Positions 19,020 to 28,896 of a DNA stretch of 64,000 bases are shown here, piece after piece; the stretch's first letter is position 1; the number at the start of each line of letters is the position of its first letter. Position numbers and translations under genes: made by a program. The DNA comes from Myxococcota bacterium. GTDB lineage: Bacteria; Myxococcota_A; UBA9160; JAFDDA01. The notes under the pieces were generated by a model, which was not told where the DNA came from, did not search any database, and worked only from the letters and a program-made list of their open reading frames with translations. Location of the stretch: positions 1,824,001 through 1,888,000 of the forward strand of contig OZ245817.1 in assembly GCA_965228475.1 (NCBI GenBank), written 5' to 3'.

Positions 19020-22000
19020 TCAGCGACAGGCCGCGAGAGGATCACTCACGAGGCGTTCGCCGAGATCGCGGAAGGGCCGTTGCAGGGAGTCGTCGGTGAT
19101 GCCCGCGGCGAGCTCTTCGACCAGACGCCGGGCAAGCGCCGCCTCGCGCGCTGCCCCTCCCGCGTCGCCTCGCCGCCGCCCGATCTCCGCCAGCAGGCCG
19201 TGGGCTCGCCACTGGACGGGCGGGTACTCGAGCCGCTCCGCGATCTGGAGGGCCTGGCGGAGCGCGGCCTCCGCGTCCTCGCGGAGGTCCATGCTCAGGA
19301 GCACCTGGCCCTCGAGGCACCGCGCACGCGCTTCGATCTTCGGGGACCGGTGCCGCCCTGCCTGTTCGATCTCGGTGGCGACGTGGGTGCGCGCGAGCTC
19401 GGGATTGCCGCGGGCGAGGGCGAGCCGTGCGCGGGCATCCTCCATGTGGAGGTGGTAGCGCCAGTGCTGCCACGGGTCGTCCGGGCGCTCGACGGTCTCG
19501 CGGAGCGGCTCCAGGACGTCCTCGGCCTGGTTCGGCTCGCCGAGCGAGAGGAGGTTACCGGCGAGGTTGATCCCGCCGTTCGCGTGGAGTTCGGGAGCAC
19601 CAGCGACGAGGCCCTCTTCCACGAGCCGGCTCCCGAGCTCGGTCGCGACCTGGTTGTAGCCCCGGGCCTGGCCGGCGCAGCCGATCTCGGCGTGGAGCCA
19701 GCCGATGGTGTTGAGCATGCGCGCCACCATCGCGCGGGCGCCGATGCGCTGGCAGCGCCCGAGCCCGGCCCGCAGGGTCTCGAGCGCCCGGGCGTATTGC
19801 CCCGTGCACCCGAGAGCGAGCCCGAGCACCCAGCTCGGGTAGGTGACGGCGCTGGTCGCGCGCAGTTCCCGGGCCACTTCGAGCGTGCGCTCGGCGATCT
19901 GCGCCGCGTGGGAGAACCGCCCGATCTGTTCGGCGAACAGCGCCTCCTGGGAGAGCGCCCAGGCCAGCGCTTCCGGGTCGTCGCACTGTCTCGCCAGGCG
20001 CGACGTCTCGGCGGCGGCGTCGTCGATCACGCTCGGGCCGTGGGTCGTCATCTCGTAGAGGTCCGACGCCACGCGGACCATCACCTCTGCGGGAACGCTC
20101 CCGTGCTTGCGAGCGGCGGCGAGGCCGCGCTCGGCGACCGCCTTGAAGTCGTCGTAGAGGTGCCCCCAGACGTAGCTGAGCCCGGCGCGCGCGAGGTTGA
20201 GCGCAGATTCGCGGCCCTCCCCGAAGAGCTCGGCCGCACGTTCGTGGGCCTTCCCCGAGCCGGGGAAATCATTCAGGCAGAAGAGGGTCGTCCCGAGCCG
20301 TTCGAACATCGTGGCGCGTTCGGCCGCCGGGCGCTCGAGCCGTTCCGCGATCGCCAGGGCCTGCCTTCCGTGCTCGGCCGCCGAAGCGTTGGCGTAGGCG
20401 GCGATCGCCTTCTCTTCTGCGCGCTGGCTGTAGAGAAGCGCCTTCTCCCATTCCTCGCCCCGGGTGAAGTGATGGGCGAGCGCCTCGTAGTGCTCGGCCA
20501 GGCGATCCGCGTAGAGCTCCTCGATGGCGAGGCCGACCACGCGGTGGAGGGCGCGCCGGCGCTGCTCGAGCAGGCTCTCGTAGGCGACGTCGTGGGTGAG
20601 CGCGTGCTTGAACATGTAGGCGAGTTCGGGGTGCGCCGACTTCTGGTAGATCAGCTCGACGGCGCGGAGCTCCTCGACGACGTCGCCGAGTGCCTGACCC
20701 TGGGAGACGATCCGTTCGAGCAGCCGCAGCGCGAACTCGCGGCCGATCACGGCGGCGGTCTGCAGGGCCTGCTTCGGACCGTCGTCGAGGCGGTCGAGGC
20801 GCGCGGCCAGGACGTCCTGGATTCGGTCCGGGACGGATCCTTCCGCAACGCCGGGGGCCATCTCGATGCGCCCTTCGTGGACCCGGACCGCGTCGGTTTC
20901 GCGCAGGGACTTCGTCACCTCCTCGACGAAGAACGGGTTTCCTTCCGCCTTCTCCGTGATGAGGGCGTGAAGGTCCTGCGGGACGCTCGCGGCGCCGAGC
21001 AGGGTTCGCGTCATCGACTCCGTCTCGTCGGCGGAGAGCGTCTGGAGTGCCAGCCGCCGGTGGAAGCTGCGATCGCCGAAGGGGTGCTGGTAGCCCGGCC
21101 GATGGGTCAGCACGAGCAGGACCGGCGCGGTCGCCACGGCCTCGCAGAGGAAGCCGACGAGCTCCTCCGAAGCCGGGTCGATCCAGTGCAGGTCCTCGAT
21201 CACGAGGACGAGGGGCGCGTCGTCCGAGATGGCGAGCAGGCTCTCCTGGACGGCACGGAAGGTTTCACTCCGGCGCTCGATGGCATCGAGGGCTTCGAAC
21301 TTCTCGTCGCCGCTCGGAAGGGAGAGGAGATTCCTCAGGTAGGGGAGGGTCCAGTCGAGCGTTTCTCCGGAGACCGCGCCGGAGAGCTTCTCGAGTGCCG
21401 TGGCGTCGTCGTCGCGTTCCTGGATGCCGGCCCGTCGGCGGAAGGCGTCTGCGATGCAGTGGAACGCGGCGTTGCGGGCGTAGGAGGCGCAGCGCCCTTC
21501 GACCCAGCGGTGGGAGCGCCTGGCGAGCCGCTCGCGGAACTCGTAGACCAGCCGGGACTTCCCGAGCCCGGCTTCGCCGACGACGAACACCGCCTGCCCC
21601 CTGCCCGCGGCGGCGGAGCGAAACGCCGCTTCGAGCTCGTCGAGCTCCGCGCTCCGCCCGCACAGCGGCGTGAGCCCGGAGGCCAGGCTCGCCTCGACGC
21701 GCCCGGCCACCGCCCGCTCACCGAGCACCCGGTAGGCGCGGATCGGGTCTCGCTTGCCCTTCACCTGTTTCGGGCCGACGTCGTCGAGATCGAAGTAGCC
21801 CTCGATCAGGTCGGCGGTGGTCTCCGAAACGAAGACGCTCCCCGGCGCCGCCAGGGCTTCGATCCGGTTCGCGAGGTTCGTCGTGTCGCCGATCGCCGTG
21901 TAGTCCATGCGCAGGTCGTCGCCGATCGTGCCGACCACGACGGGGCCGCTGTGGATGCCGATCCGCATGCCGAACTCGATTCCGTGGCGCTGACGGATCT

Positions 22001-22544
22001 CCTCGGCGAGCGGGGCGAGCGCCCGCTGGATGCGGAGGCCCGAAGCGACGGCGCGCTGGGGTGCGTCCTCGAGCGCGAGGGGCGCACCGAACAGGGCCAT
22101 GGCGCCGTCGCCGGCGAACTGGTTCACGGTGCCTTCGAAGCGGTGGACCTCGGCGAGGATGATCTGGAAGCAGCGGTCCATGACCTCGTGCATCGCCTCG
22201 GCACCGAGCCGCTCGGCGATGGGCGTCGAGCCGGCGAGGTCGGCGAACAGCACGGTCACGTTCTTGCGTTCGCCCTCGAGTGCGCCCCGCGTGCCGAGGA
22301 TGCGGTCGGCGAGGTGGCGCGGGGTGTAGGTGCGCGGGGCGCTGTCGGCGAGGCCGGCCCGCCCGGGCGTGCCGCGCGACGCCGCGCGGGCTCCGCCGAG
22401 CGGCGTGCCGCAGCCATCGCAGAAGGCGGCGTCCGCCGGAAGCTCCCGGCGGCAGGCCGGACACGCGACGGGGAGCGCGGCTCCACAGCCCAGACAGAAG
22501 CGAGCGCCGGTGCGGTTCTCCCGCTCACATCGGGGGCAATCCAA
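19020..22544 (-). CDS. Class III adenylate/guanylate cyclase with double zinc ribbon, AAA ATPase and TPR domains
   Basis: CPRC..FCLGCG..CPAC..FCDGCG; VLFADLAGST, GDGAMALFGAP, GDTTNLANR; GEAGLGKS P-loop; TTG start. Confidence 0.92.
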   Translation of the reverse strand: MDCPRCERENRTGARFCLGCGAALPVACPACRRELPADAAFCDGCGTPLGGARAASRGTPGRAGLADSAPRTYTPRHLADRILGTRGALEGERKNVTVLFADLAGSTPIAERLGAEAMHEVMDRCFQIILAEVHRFEGTVNQFAGDGAMALFGAPLALEDAPQRAVASGLRIQRALAPLAEEIRQRHGIEFGMRIGIHSGPVVVGTIGDDLRMDYTAIGDTTNLANRIEALAAPGSVFVSETTADLIEGYFDLDDVGPKQVKGKRDPIRAYRVLGERAVAGRVEASLASGLTPLCGRSAELDELEAAFRSAAAGRGQAVFVVGEAGLGKSRLVYEFRERLARRSHRWVEGRCASYARNAAFHCIADAFRRRAGIQERDDDATALEKLSGAVSGETLDWTLPYLRNLLSLPSGDEKFEALDAIERRSETFRAVQESLLAISDDAPLVLVIEDLHWIDPASEELVGFLCEAVATAPVLLVLTHRPGYQHPFGDRSFHRRLALQTLSADETESMTRTLLGAASVPQDLHALITEKAEGNPFFVEEVTKSLRETDAVRVHEGRIEMAPGVAEGSVPDRIQDVLAARLDRLDDGPKQALQTAAVIGREFALRLLERIVSQGQALGDVVEELRAVELIYQKSAHPELAYMFKHALTHDVAYESLLEQRRRALHRVVGLAIEELYADRLAEHYEALAHHFTRGEEWEKALLYSQRAEEKAIAAYANASAAEHGRQALAIAERLERPAAERATMFERLGTTLFCLNDFPGSGKAHERAAELFGEGRESALNLARAGLSYVWGHLYDDFKAVAERGLAAARKHGSVPAEVMVRVASDLYEMTTHGPSVIDDAAAETSRLARQCDDPEALAWALSQEALFAEQIGRFSHAAQIAERTLEVARELRATSAVTYPSWVLGLALGCTGQYARALETLRAGLGRCQRIGARAMVARMLNTIGWLHAEIGCAGQARGYNQVATELGSRLVEEGLVAGAPELHANGGINLAGNLLSLGEPNQAEDVLEPLRETVERPDDPWQHWRYHLHMEDARARLALARGNPELARTHVATEIEQAGRHRSPKIEARARCLEGQVLLSMDLREDAEAALRQALQIAERLEYPPVQWRAHGLLAEIGRRRGDAGGAAREAALARRLVEELAAGITDDSLQRPFRDLGERLVSDPLAACR

Positions 22545-22634
22545 GGGTCCTTCTCTCTCCTGGGAACGTCCTGGCCGGGCGACGAAGACCTTACACCGCG
22601 GGGCGGACCGCCGTCGCTTCGAATCGCCGCGGAG

Positions 22635-24458
22635 CTACTGCGGTGCCACGGACGGCCCTGGAACGGTCGGCGGTGCGGGCCGCCCGGCGCCGAGGCTGCG
22701 GGCGTCGAAGCTCCCCTTGCGCAGGTTCACGAAGACGAGCTCCGGCAGCGAGAAGAGGGCGCCTCGCGCGGCCCGCTCGACCCGGCGCCCGCGGTCGAAG
22801 GGTGCCGTGAGGAGGCCGACGGCGCCGTCTCCCAGGGCCCAGGCCAGGTTCAAGGCTCCCAGGACGGGGCGCAGCGCGGCCGGCCGGTCCGTGAAGAAGA
22901 GGAACGATCCGTCGGTGTGGCGCGGCAGGTAGAGCCGGGAGGTCAGCGTGTTCGACTCGCGAAGACGCCCGGGCCACCCGGGCCGCTCCGCCATCCACCG
23001 GGCCCGCCGGGCCGGCAGGCGCTCGATGCGCGCGGCGGGCAGGCGTCGCGTCAGGCGGTCGAACTGGACGAACGGGACGAAGCCGAACGCGTCGTCCGTT
23101 GCGGCGCGGACCGCGAAGGCGTCCGCGCTGCCCGTGGCGCCGCCGAGGCCCGCTTCGACCGCCGCCGCGAGGGCGGTGACGCAGTTGTGGTCGAAGAGGT
23201 CGTAGTGCTCGGCCCGTGCGAGGTCGGCCTCGGCCTGGCGGAGTGCGCGTCGTGCATCCTCGAGGGAGGGCGTGGTCCCCGGGCGTCCGTCGGCGGCGAG
23301 ATCTCGCGCGGCGTCGGGGAGGCCGATCGGTCCCGCGGAGAGCCGCGGGGGGTGTCCCCCGTCGAGAGCCCGGGCGAGTTCACGGGAGCGGCTCGCGAGA
23401 TGTTCGAGCCGGCCGAGGGCGCGGTCGCCGGGAACGCCCTCGTGGAAGGCGCGGGTTCGCGCGTGCGCCACGGACTCCTCGAGAACCCGTGCGAGCGCCG
23501 CGAACTCCGAGCGTTGTCCCTCGAAGTCCCGAGACGTCATGCGGGGGCCGCCGGGCGGCGTCGGGTCGAGCAACGTGAGACGTCCACGGGCCAGGGATTC
23601 GCTCGCGGCCCGGTGCCGGGCGAGCAGGAGCCAGAGCGTCTCCGGGCGCCCGGCCGCGGTCTGGGCCAGCGTCCGGACGATCGTGTCTTCGATCTCGCGC
23701 TGCAGCTCGGAGAGCGCGCTGCGCTCGCGCGCGGAGAGGGGCGGGTGGGGGACTTCGATCCGGGCGGCGTCCGCCAGGGGAGCGCCGGCACGGAGGGCGG
23801 CGAGGGCCGCCTCGAGGGAAGTGCGGTTCCGCGCATCGCGGATGTCCCGCGCGCGCGAGCGCGTCGGCGGCATCGATCCGAGCCGACGGGCGACGTTCGC
23901 AGCGAGGGCGAGGGCAGGGGCTTCCGCGGTGCCGGTCGAATCGATCAGGCCTGCCCCCGGGCTGGGGACGCCGGCGCGGAGCCCGGCCCGCGCTTCGAGC
24001 CAAGCGACGTCGCGCGCCAGCGCCTCGCGCTCCCGGTGCGCGCGGCGGCCCGCGAGGAAGAGCCGGTCCAGGTGGTCGCGCAGCGCGGCGGTGCGTTCGT
24101 CGTCGAGGGGGACCCATGCGAGGTGCAGGGGCCGGTTCTCGAGCGTGCCGTAGCGGAAGGCGAAGGCGGGCCAGTCTTCGCGGTGCAGGCGGAGCCGGTC
24201 TCCGCCGACCTGGTAGTGGTAGACGCGGTCCTCGATGCGCAGCGCGCTGTGGCCGCCGCTCGCGCTGCCTACGTTCGCCTCGACGTGAACGAACGCGACG
24301 GGTTCGCCGCGGGAGGACGCCTCGCGCTCGGCGGCCGCGCTCGTTCCCATCGAGAGCAGACCGAGGCCGAGAGCCAGGGCGCACGCTCTGGAGAGCGGCC
24401 CGGCCCGGTTCGTTCGGTGACGTGCCTGGGGGGCCGGGTTCGGCGTGGCCGCGCTCAC
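22635..24458 (-). CDS. Exported protein with permuted papain-like His...Asn-Cys motifs (DUF4105/Lnb-like)
   Basis: Signal peptide; GGHSALRI and YDLFDHNCVT; start overlaps the lipoprotein stop (GTGA). Confidence 0.6.
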   Translation of the reverse strand: MSAATPNPAPQARHRTNRAGPLSRACALALGLGLLSMGTSAAAEREASSRGEPVAFVHVEANVGSASGGHSALRIEDRVYHYQVGGDRLRLHREDWPAFAFRYGTLENRPLHLAWVPLDDERTAALRDHLDRLFLAGRRAHREREALARDVAWLEARAGLRAGVPSPGAGLIDSTGTAEAPALALAANVARRLGSMPPTRSRARDIRDARNRTSLEAALAALRAGAPLADAARIEVPHPPLSARERSALSELQREIEDTIVRTLAQTAAGRPETLWLLLARHRAASESLARGRLTLLDPTPPGGPRMTSRDFEGQRSEFAALARVLEESVAHARTRAFHEGVPGDRALGRLEHLASRSRELARALDGGHPPRLSAGPIGLPDAARDLAADGRPGTTPSLEDARRALRQAEADLARAEHYDLFDHNCVTALAAAVEAGLGGATGSADAFAVRAATDDAFGFVPFVQFDRLTRRLPAARIERLPARRARWMAERPGWPGRLRESNTLTSRLYLPRHTDGSFLFFTDRPAALRPVLGALNLAWALGDGAVGLLTAPFDRGRRVERAARGALFSLPELVFVNLRKGSFDARSLGAGRPAPPTVPGPSVAPQ

Positions 24459-24922
24459 GCCGACGTGCCGGGGCCTCCGAGGGCCCGCAGGATGCGGGAG
24501 GTGTCGACGTTCCCGAGACCGGCCTCCCGCAGGCCTTCGGCGAGACCGCGCCAGGTGGCGTTCGCTTCCGTCCAGCGGGCGAGGCCGTAGCTCGCCGCGA
24601 CGTCGGCGACCTCCCGGGCCAGGGCATCGTGGGCCGCGGGGTCGGGGCGAGGCGTTCGCCGCGCCCAGGCGGCTGCGACGAGCCGCACGTCGTTCCGGTA
24701 GCGCGCTTCGGGAAGGCTCTCTTCCTCGTCGTCGCCGCTCGACGAGCGCGAGAACGCATCGGAACTGTCGGCGGAGCCCTGGGAGCTGTCGCCCAGGGCC
24801 TCGCTCGAATCTCCGAGCCAGCGCGAGGGCGACGTCACGGCGTCCGAGATCGAGCCGCAGCCGACGGTCGAAAGGGCGAGCCCCGCGGCGATCAGGCCGC
24901 GGGCGACGGGCGAGCTTCGCAT
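24455..24922 (-). CDS. Ser-rich putative lipoprotein
   Basis: AAGGAGG RBS; lipobox TVGC; SISDAVTSPS...SSRSSS-type Ser-rich tract, then YRNDVR. Confidence 0.75.
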   Translation of the reverse strand: MRSSPVARGLIAAGLALSTVGCGSISDAVTSPSRWLGDSSEALGDSSQGSADSSDAFSRSSSGDDEEESLPEARYRNDVRLVAAAWARRTPRPDPAAHDALAREVADVAASYGLARWTEANATWRGLAEGLREAGLGNVDTSRILRALGGPGTSA

Positions 24923-25067
24923 CGATGTCCTCCTTCGATGGGGAGCCCTCAATCTAGCGGGCGCGTGCCCCGGACCGCATGCGCCGCGCTCGACCCCAGG
25001 TCTGGCTACCATCGCGTCGCATCCCACGGGGTCACGGACGCGGCGCATCGGCGCCGGAGGAGGAGCG

Positions 25068-25475
25068 ATGGACGGAACGGGACGCTGTCTCTGCGGTGCG
25101 GTGCGCTTTCGGGCGGTCGGGGTCGAGACCGATTTCCACGGCTGCCATTGTGGAATGTGCCGCCGCTGGACCGGCGGTCCCGGCTTCGGGGTCGCGGTCG
25201 AAAGCGTGGCCTTCGAAGGGGAGGAGGCGATCTCACGCTTCGAGTCCTCGGCGTGGGCCGAGCGCGGCTTTTGCAACCGGTGCGGGACGAACCTCTTCTA
25301 CCGGTTGAAGGAAGCCGACCGCTACATCCTCTGGATGGGCGCCTTCGACGACCCGTCCGCGTTCCGCCTGACCGGCGAGATCTTCGTCGACGAGAAGCCG
25401 GAAGCCTACGACCTGGCAGGGGAGCACCCCCGGCTCACGGGCGCAGAGTTCATGGCCTCGGTCATGCCGAAGTAG
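25068..25475 (+). CDS. GFA/CENP-V family protein
   Basis: CLCGAV, CHCGMCRR, RGFCNRCGT. Confidence 0.92.
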   Translation: MDGTGRCLCGAVRFRAVGVETDFHGCHCGMCRRWTGGPGFGVAVESVAFEGEEAISRFESSAWAERGFCNRCGTNLFYRLKEADRYILWMGAFDDPSAFRLTGEIFVDEKPEAYDLAGEHPRLTGAEFMASVMPK

Positions 25476-25746
25476 GGTCCATGTCGACGCGGCGTTCGAA
25501 GAGGAACTCGTTGGTGAGATAGCCGGGCGTGTGCTCGGCGCCCGGCTCGATGCGCGGTGGCGGAGGCGCCTGGAGCAGGAACCAGCCGTCCTCGAGGGCG
25601 GCGAGGCCGGTTGCGTAGGGCGGGTCGCCCTCGGGCAGCGCAGGCCCGGCGCCCGCCGTGCCGTCGTGAAAGGCCCAGGCGACGACGCCGGTGTCGAGGG
25701 CGCCCTCGGCCAGCCAGAGGTGGAGCACCTGCTGGCGGCTCGTCAC
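25462..25746 (-). CDS. Small hypothetical protein coupled to the PhyH gene
   Basis: GTG start overlaps PhyH stop; non-shadow-like sequence RQQVLHLWL...PPYATGLAALEDGW...EFLFER. Confidence 0.7.
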   Translation of the reverse strand: MTSRQQVLHLWLAEGALDTGVVAWAFHDGTAGAGPALPEGDPPYATGLAALEDGWFLLQAPPPPRIEPGAEHTPGYLTNEFLFERRVDMDPTSA

Positions 25747-26663
25747 GAAGGCGTGCTCCCGGCCTCGGACCGCGCGCGGCCTTCGAGTCGTGTGAAGTAG
25801 TAGTCGGCATCGAAGCGCGCGTCGCCCGTCAGGTAGCGCCAGAGGCGCGCACGCTCCATCAGTTCGAGGCGGGCCTCGTGGCCCTGCTGCCAGGGCTGCA
25901 TGGCGCGAAAGGCGTGGGCGGCGCTGTCGAAGCGCATCGTCGCGAAGACGTGATCGGCGGCGTCGTTGTGGAAGGCGTCGAAGTCCGCGTCGTTCCAGAG
26001 CCGCACCTGGGGCTGCGCCGCGTTCAGGCGGACCTTGTACATCCAGCGGTCGCGCGGGCTCGGGTTCGGCTGGCCGGCGTGCCAGAGGCCGTGGTGGAAG
26101 ACGAGCAGCGTCCCTGCGGGCCCTTCGTACTGTCGTTCGCCCAGTACTCGCTGGTAGCGCGCGATGCCCTCCGCCCGCACGCGCCGCAGGTGGGAACCCG
26201 GCACGAAGCGCGTGCCGCCTTCGCCCGCGGCGACGGCCCGGGGGAAGTAGAAGAGTTGGACGTCGAAGGAAGGGTCGTCCGTATCGAGCACGGCATCGAC
26301 GTGGAGATGCTGGCGCCACTGGCTCCCGGCCGGAAGGTGGTGGACGAAGTCGTGGTCGTAGACGGGTTCGCGGCCGACGAGGGATTCGACGATGCCGAGC
26401 ACCTCCGGCATCGAGAGCAGCGAGCGGAGGGCGCTGCCTTCGGCGTAGCAGCCCGAGAGCGGGGTTCCGCTCGCCGGGCGCTCCGGCCCGCCCTCCGGCG
26501 GGACGCCGACGGCCTGTTGGAGTTTCACGCGTTCGAGCTCGGCGAGCTCCGCCAGGATCCGTTCGTTCAGTGTCTCGGGGACGAGGGCCTCGAAGCGCAG
26601 GAAGCCTTCGGTGACGAAGCGCGCCATCTCGGCGGTGGTCAGGCGGTGGTCTTGGGCGGGCAT
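25743..26663 (-). CDS. Phytanoyl-CoA dioxygenase (PhyH) family Fe(II)/2OG oxygenase
   Basis: FVTEGFL, HVD (HxD), GGTRFVPGSH, LWHAG. Confidence 0.88.
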   Translation of the reverse strand: MPAQDHRLTTAEMARFVTEGFLRFEALVPETLNERILAELAELERVKLQQAVGVPPEGGPERPASGTPLSGCYAEGSALRSLLSMPEVLGIVESLVGREPVYDHDFVHHLPAGSQWRQHLHVDAVLDTDDPSFDVQLFYFPRAVAAGEGGTRFVPGSHLRRVRAEGIARYQRVLGERQYEGPAGTLLVFHHGLWHAGQPNPSPRDRWMYKVRLNAAQPQVRLWNDADFDAFHNDAADHVFATMRFDSAAHAFRAMQPWQQGHEARLELMERARLWRYLTGDARFDADYYFTRLEGRARSEAGSTPS

Positions 26664-27685
26664 CAGGGGATGAGCAGGACCTTGCCGAAGTTCTTGCGGT
26701 CCTGCAGGTAGTGGTGGGCCTCGGCCGCGCGTTCGAAGGAGAATCGTTCGGCGATGATCGGGCGCACGGCCCCGTCACGGTAGAGGCCGAGTACCGATTC
26801 GAGCCATCCCTGTACGCGGTCGACCTCGTCCCAGAGGTGCCCCATGTTCACCCCGAACACGCCCTTGTTCTGATTCATCAGCGTGACCGGGTTGAACTGG
26901 AGCCACGGCATCGAGGCGACCGTTCGCAGGAGCGAGAGCTTGTTCGGGGTCTTGCCCGTGGCGGCGGAGGAGATCCCGAACATGCCGAGCCGCCCGCTCG
27001 GGGCGAGGCTGCGGAAGCTCTTCTTGAACGAGTCGCCGCCGACGGCATCGAGCACGAGCTCGACGCCGCGCCCGCGCGTCAGCTCCCGCACCCGAGCCTC
27101 GAAGTCTTCGCGCGTGTAGTCGATGCAGGCTTCGACGCCGAGGGCCTTCAGGGCGTCGTGCTTGCCCGCGCTCGCGGTGCCGATCACGCGTGCGCCGAGG
27201 GCCCGCGCGATCTGGATCGCGGCGATCCCGACGCCGCCGCCGGCCGAGTGCACCAGCACCGTCTCGCCAGGGTGGAGGCTTCCCATCACGCGGATGAGCT
27301 GCCAGGCCGTGAGGTAGTTCACGGGGATCGCGGCGCCTTCCTCCGCGCTCATTCCCGGGGGTCGAACCTGGAGCTGGGCCTCCGGAGCGCAGAGCACGTC
27401 GCTGTATCCGCCGAAGCGCGTCATCGCCAGCACGTCGCGGCCGACCCAATGGGAGTCGACGCCGTCCCCGACGGCATCGACCCGGCCGGCGACCTCGTAC
27501 CCGACCACGACCGGCATCGGCGGAAGATCCTGATACTGGCCGAGGCGTCCCACGACGTCGGCGAAGTTCACGCCCGAGGCTTCCACGCGGATGCGCGCCT
27601 CGCCGGGCGCGGGGAGCGGGTCGGCGGCCTCGCGTACTTCGAGCACTTCGGGCGGGCCGGCCTTCGGGATCCAGATCTGGCGCAT
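26663..27685 (-). CDS. MDR family NADPH:quinone oxidoreductase (VAT-1-like)
   Basis: GVNFAD, GYEVAG, HSAGGGVG, RKNFGKVLL. Confidence 0.92.
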   Translation of the reverse strand: MRQIWIPKAGPPEVLEVREAADPLPAPGEARIRVEASGVNFADVVGRLGQYQDLPPMPVVVGYEVAGRVDAVGDGVDSHWVGRDVLAMTRFGGYSDVLCAPEAQLQVRPPGMSAEEGAAIPVNYLTAWQLIRVMGSLHPGETVLVHSAGGGVGIAAIQIARALGARVIGTASAGKHDALKALGVEACIDYTREDFEARVRELTRGRGVELVLDAVGGDSFKKSFRSLAPSGRLGMFGISSAATGKTPNKLSLLRTVASMPWLQFNPVTLMNQNKGVFGVNMGHLWDEVDRVQGWLESVLGLYRDGAVRPIIAERFSFERAAEAHHYLQDRKNFGKVLLIP

Positions 27686-27732
27686 GCCGCGAGCCTAACA
27701 CGGCCGCGCCCGCCGAAGGTCTCGTGGGGGCG

Positions 27733-28884
27733 TCAGTGGGGTCGCTCGAGGTCCGGCACGGTGATCCGGGCCATCTCCGCGAAGGAGTTCCCGAGCTGCC
27801 CGACCACGACCCAGCTCGTTCCCGCGGCGGAGAGGGCAAGAAGGAAGAGCCCGAGACAGGCCACGACCCGCGGCGCCACGCTCCGCCGCGTCGGTTCGGC
27901 CCGCTCGGGTGCCTTCCTGCGGACGGTGCGCGGCGCCGGCGCCGGAAAGACGCCGGCGTCCGCCAGCCAGTCCGCGATCTCGCGCCGCGCGTCCGCGGGG
28001 CTCGCGCCGCGGGCGGCCCGTTCGAGCCGTTCGCGAAGGGCCTGGGTGCTGCGCCCGCGCCGCTCGGGTTCGGACCGCAGCGCGTCGTGGACCACCCGGC
28101 GAAGGGCACGCGGCGTCTTCGGGACGACACGACCGAGTGCCGGGACCCGCCCCGCGGCGATCCGTTTCAGCAGCGGGTCCGTCTCCTCGTCCGGAGCGCC
28201 GAAGGGCAGGCGTCCCGCCACGAGTTCGTAGACCAGCACGCCGAAGGAGAAGACGTCGCTCCGGAAGTCGAGGCGCGCGCCCTGGATCTGCTCCGGCGAC
28301 ATGTAGGCCGGCGTGCCGAGAGCGGTGCCCGTCCGCGTCAGGCCGTGCCCCCGCGCATCCAGCGCGACGCCGAAGTCGGCGAGCTTCACTTCGCCGCCGC
28401 GGCCGACGAGCACGTTCGCCGGCTTCAGGTCCCGGTGCACCAGCCCGCGGCCGTGGATCTCCTCGAGCCCCCGCACGATCTCGAGCGCGACGAGGCAGGC
28501 GATCCGCGCCGGGAAGGCGCCCGCGCGCTGAAGCAGGGTCCCGAGATCCGCGCCTTCGACGTACTCCTGGGCGATGAAGGGACGCCCGCGAAAGCGGAAG
28601 CAATCGTAGACGCCGACGACGTTCGGGTGGTGGACGCCCGCGACGGCGCGCGCCTCCCGTTCGAATCGTTCGGCCTCCCGGGGGTCGTCGTCGAGGTCGC
28701 GGCGCAGGGCCTTCAGGACGACCCGGCGTTCGAGCGAAGGCTGTGATGCCAGGTAGACCACGCCCATGCCCCCGCGCGCGAGCTCGCGCTCGATCTCGTA
28801 GCGGGCGATCTTGCGTCCTGCCTCGCGCGTGGCCGCGGAAGCAGGCTGGGCGCGACGGGTCCGGGCGGAGCGTCCCGAAGACAC
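27733..28884 (-). CDS. Hanks-type Ser/Thr protein kinase with C-terminal TM helix
   Basis: RGGMGVVY, HRDLKPAN, DFG, GTPAYMSPEQ; TM VVACLGLFLLALSAAG. Confidence 0.93.
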   Translation of the reverse strand: MSSGRSARTRRAQPASAATREAGRKIARYEIERELARGGMGVVYLASQPSLERRVVLKALRRDLDDDPREAERFEREARAVAGVHHPNVVGVYDCFRFRGRPFIAQEYVEGADLGTLLQRAGAFPARIACLVALEIVRGLEEIHGRGLVHRDLKPANVLVGRGGEVKLADFGVALDARGHGLTRTGTALGTPAYMSPEQIQGARLDFRSDVFSFGVLVYELVAGRLPFGAPDEETDPLLKRIAAGRVPALGRVVPKTPRALRRVVHDALRSEPERRGRSTQALRERLERAARGASPADARREIADWLADAGVFPAPAPRTVRRKAPERAEPTRRSVAPRVVACLGLFLLALSAAGTSWVVVGQLGNSFAEMARITVPDLERPH

Positions 28885-28896
28885 GAGGGGCTCGGG

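Noticed and set aside
19080..24590. 1836-aa plus-strand ORF, and similar long ORFs such as 3785-7087, 3603-6737, 15407-18448 and 37875-40355
   Set aside because: Antisense or off-frame shadows of well-supported genes, expected at this GC content; no recognisable motifs
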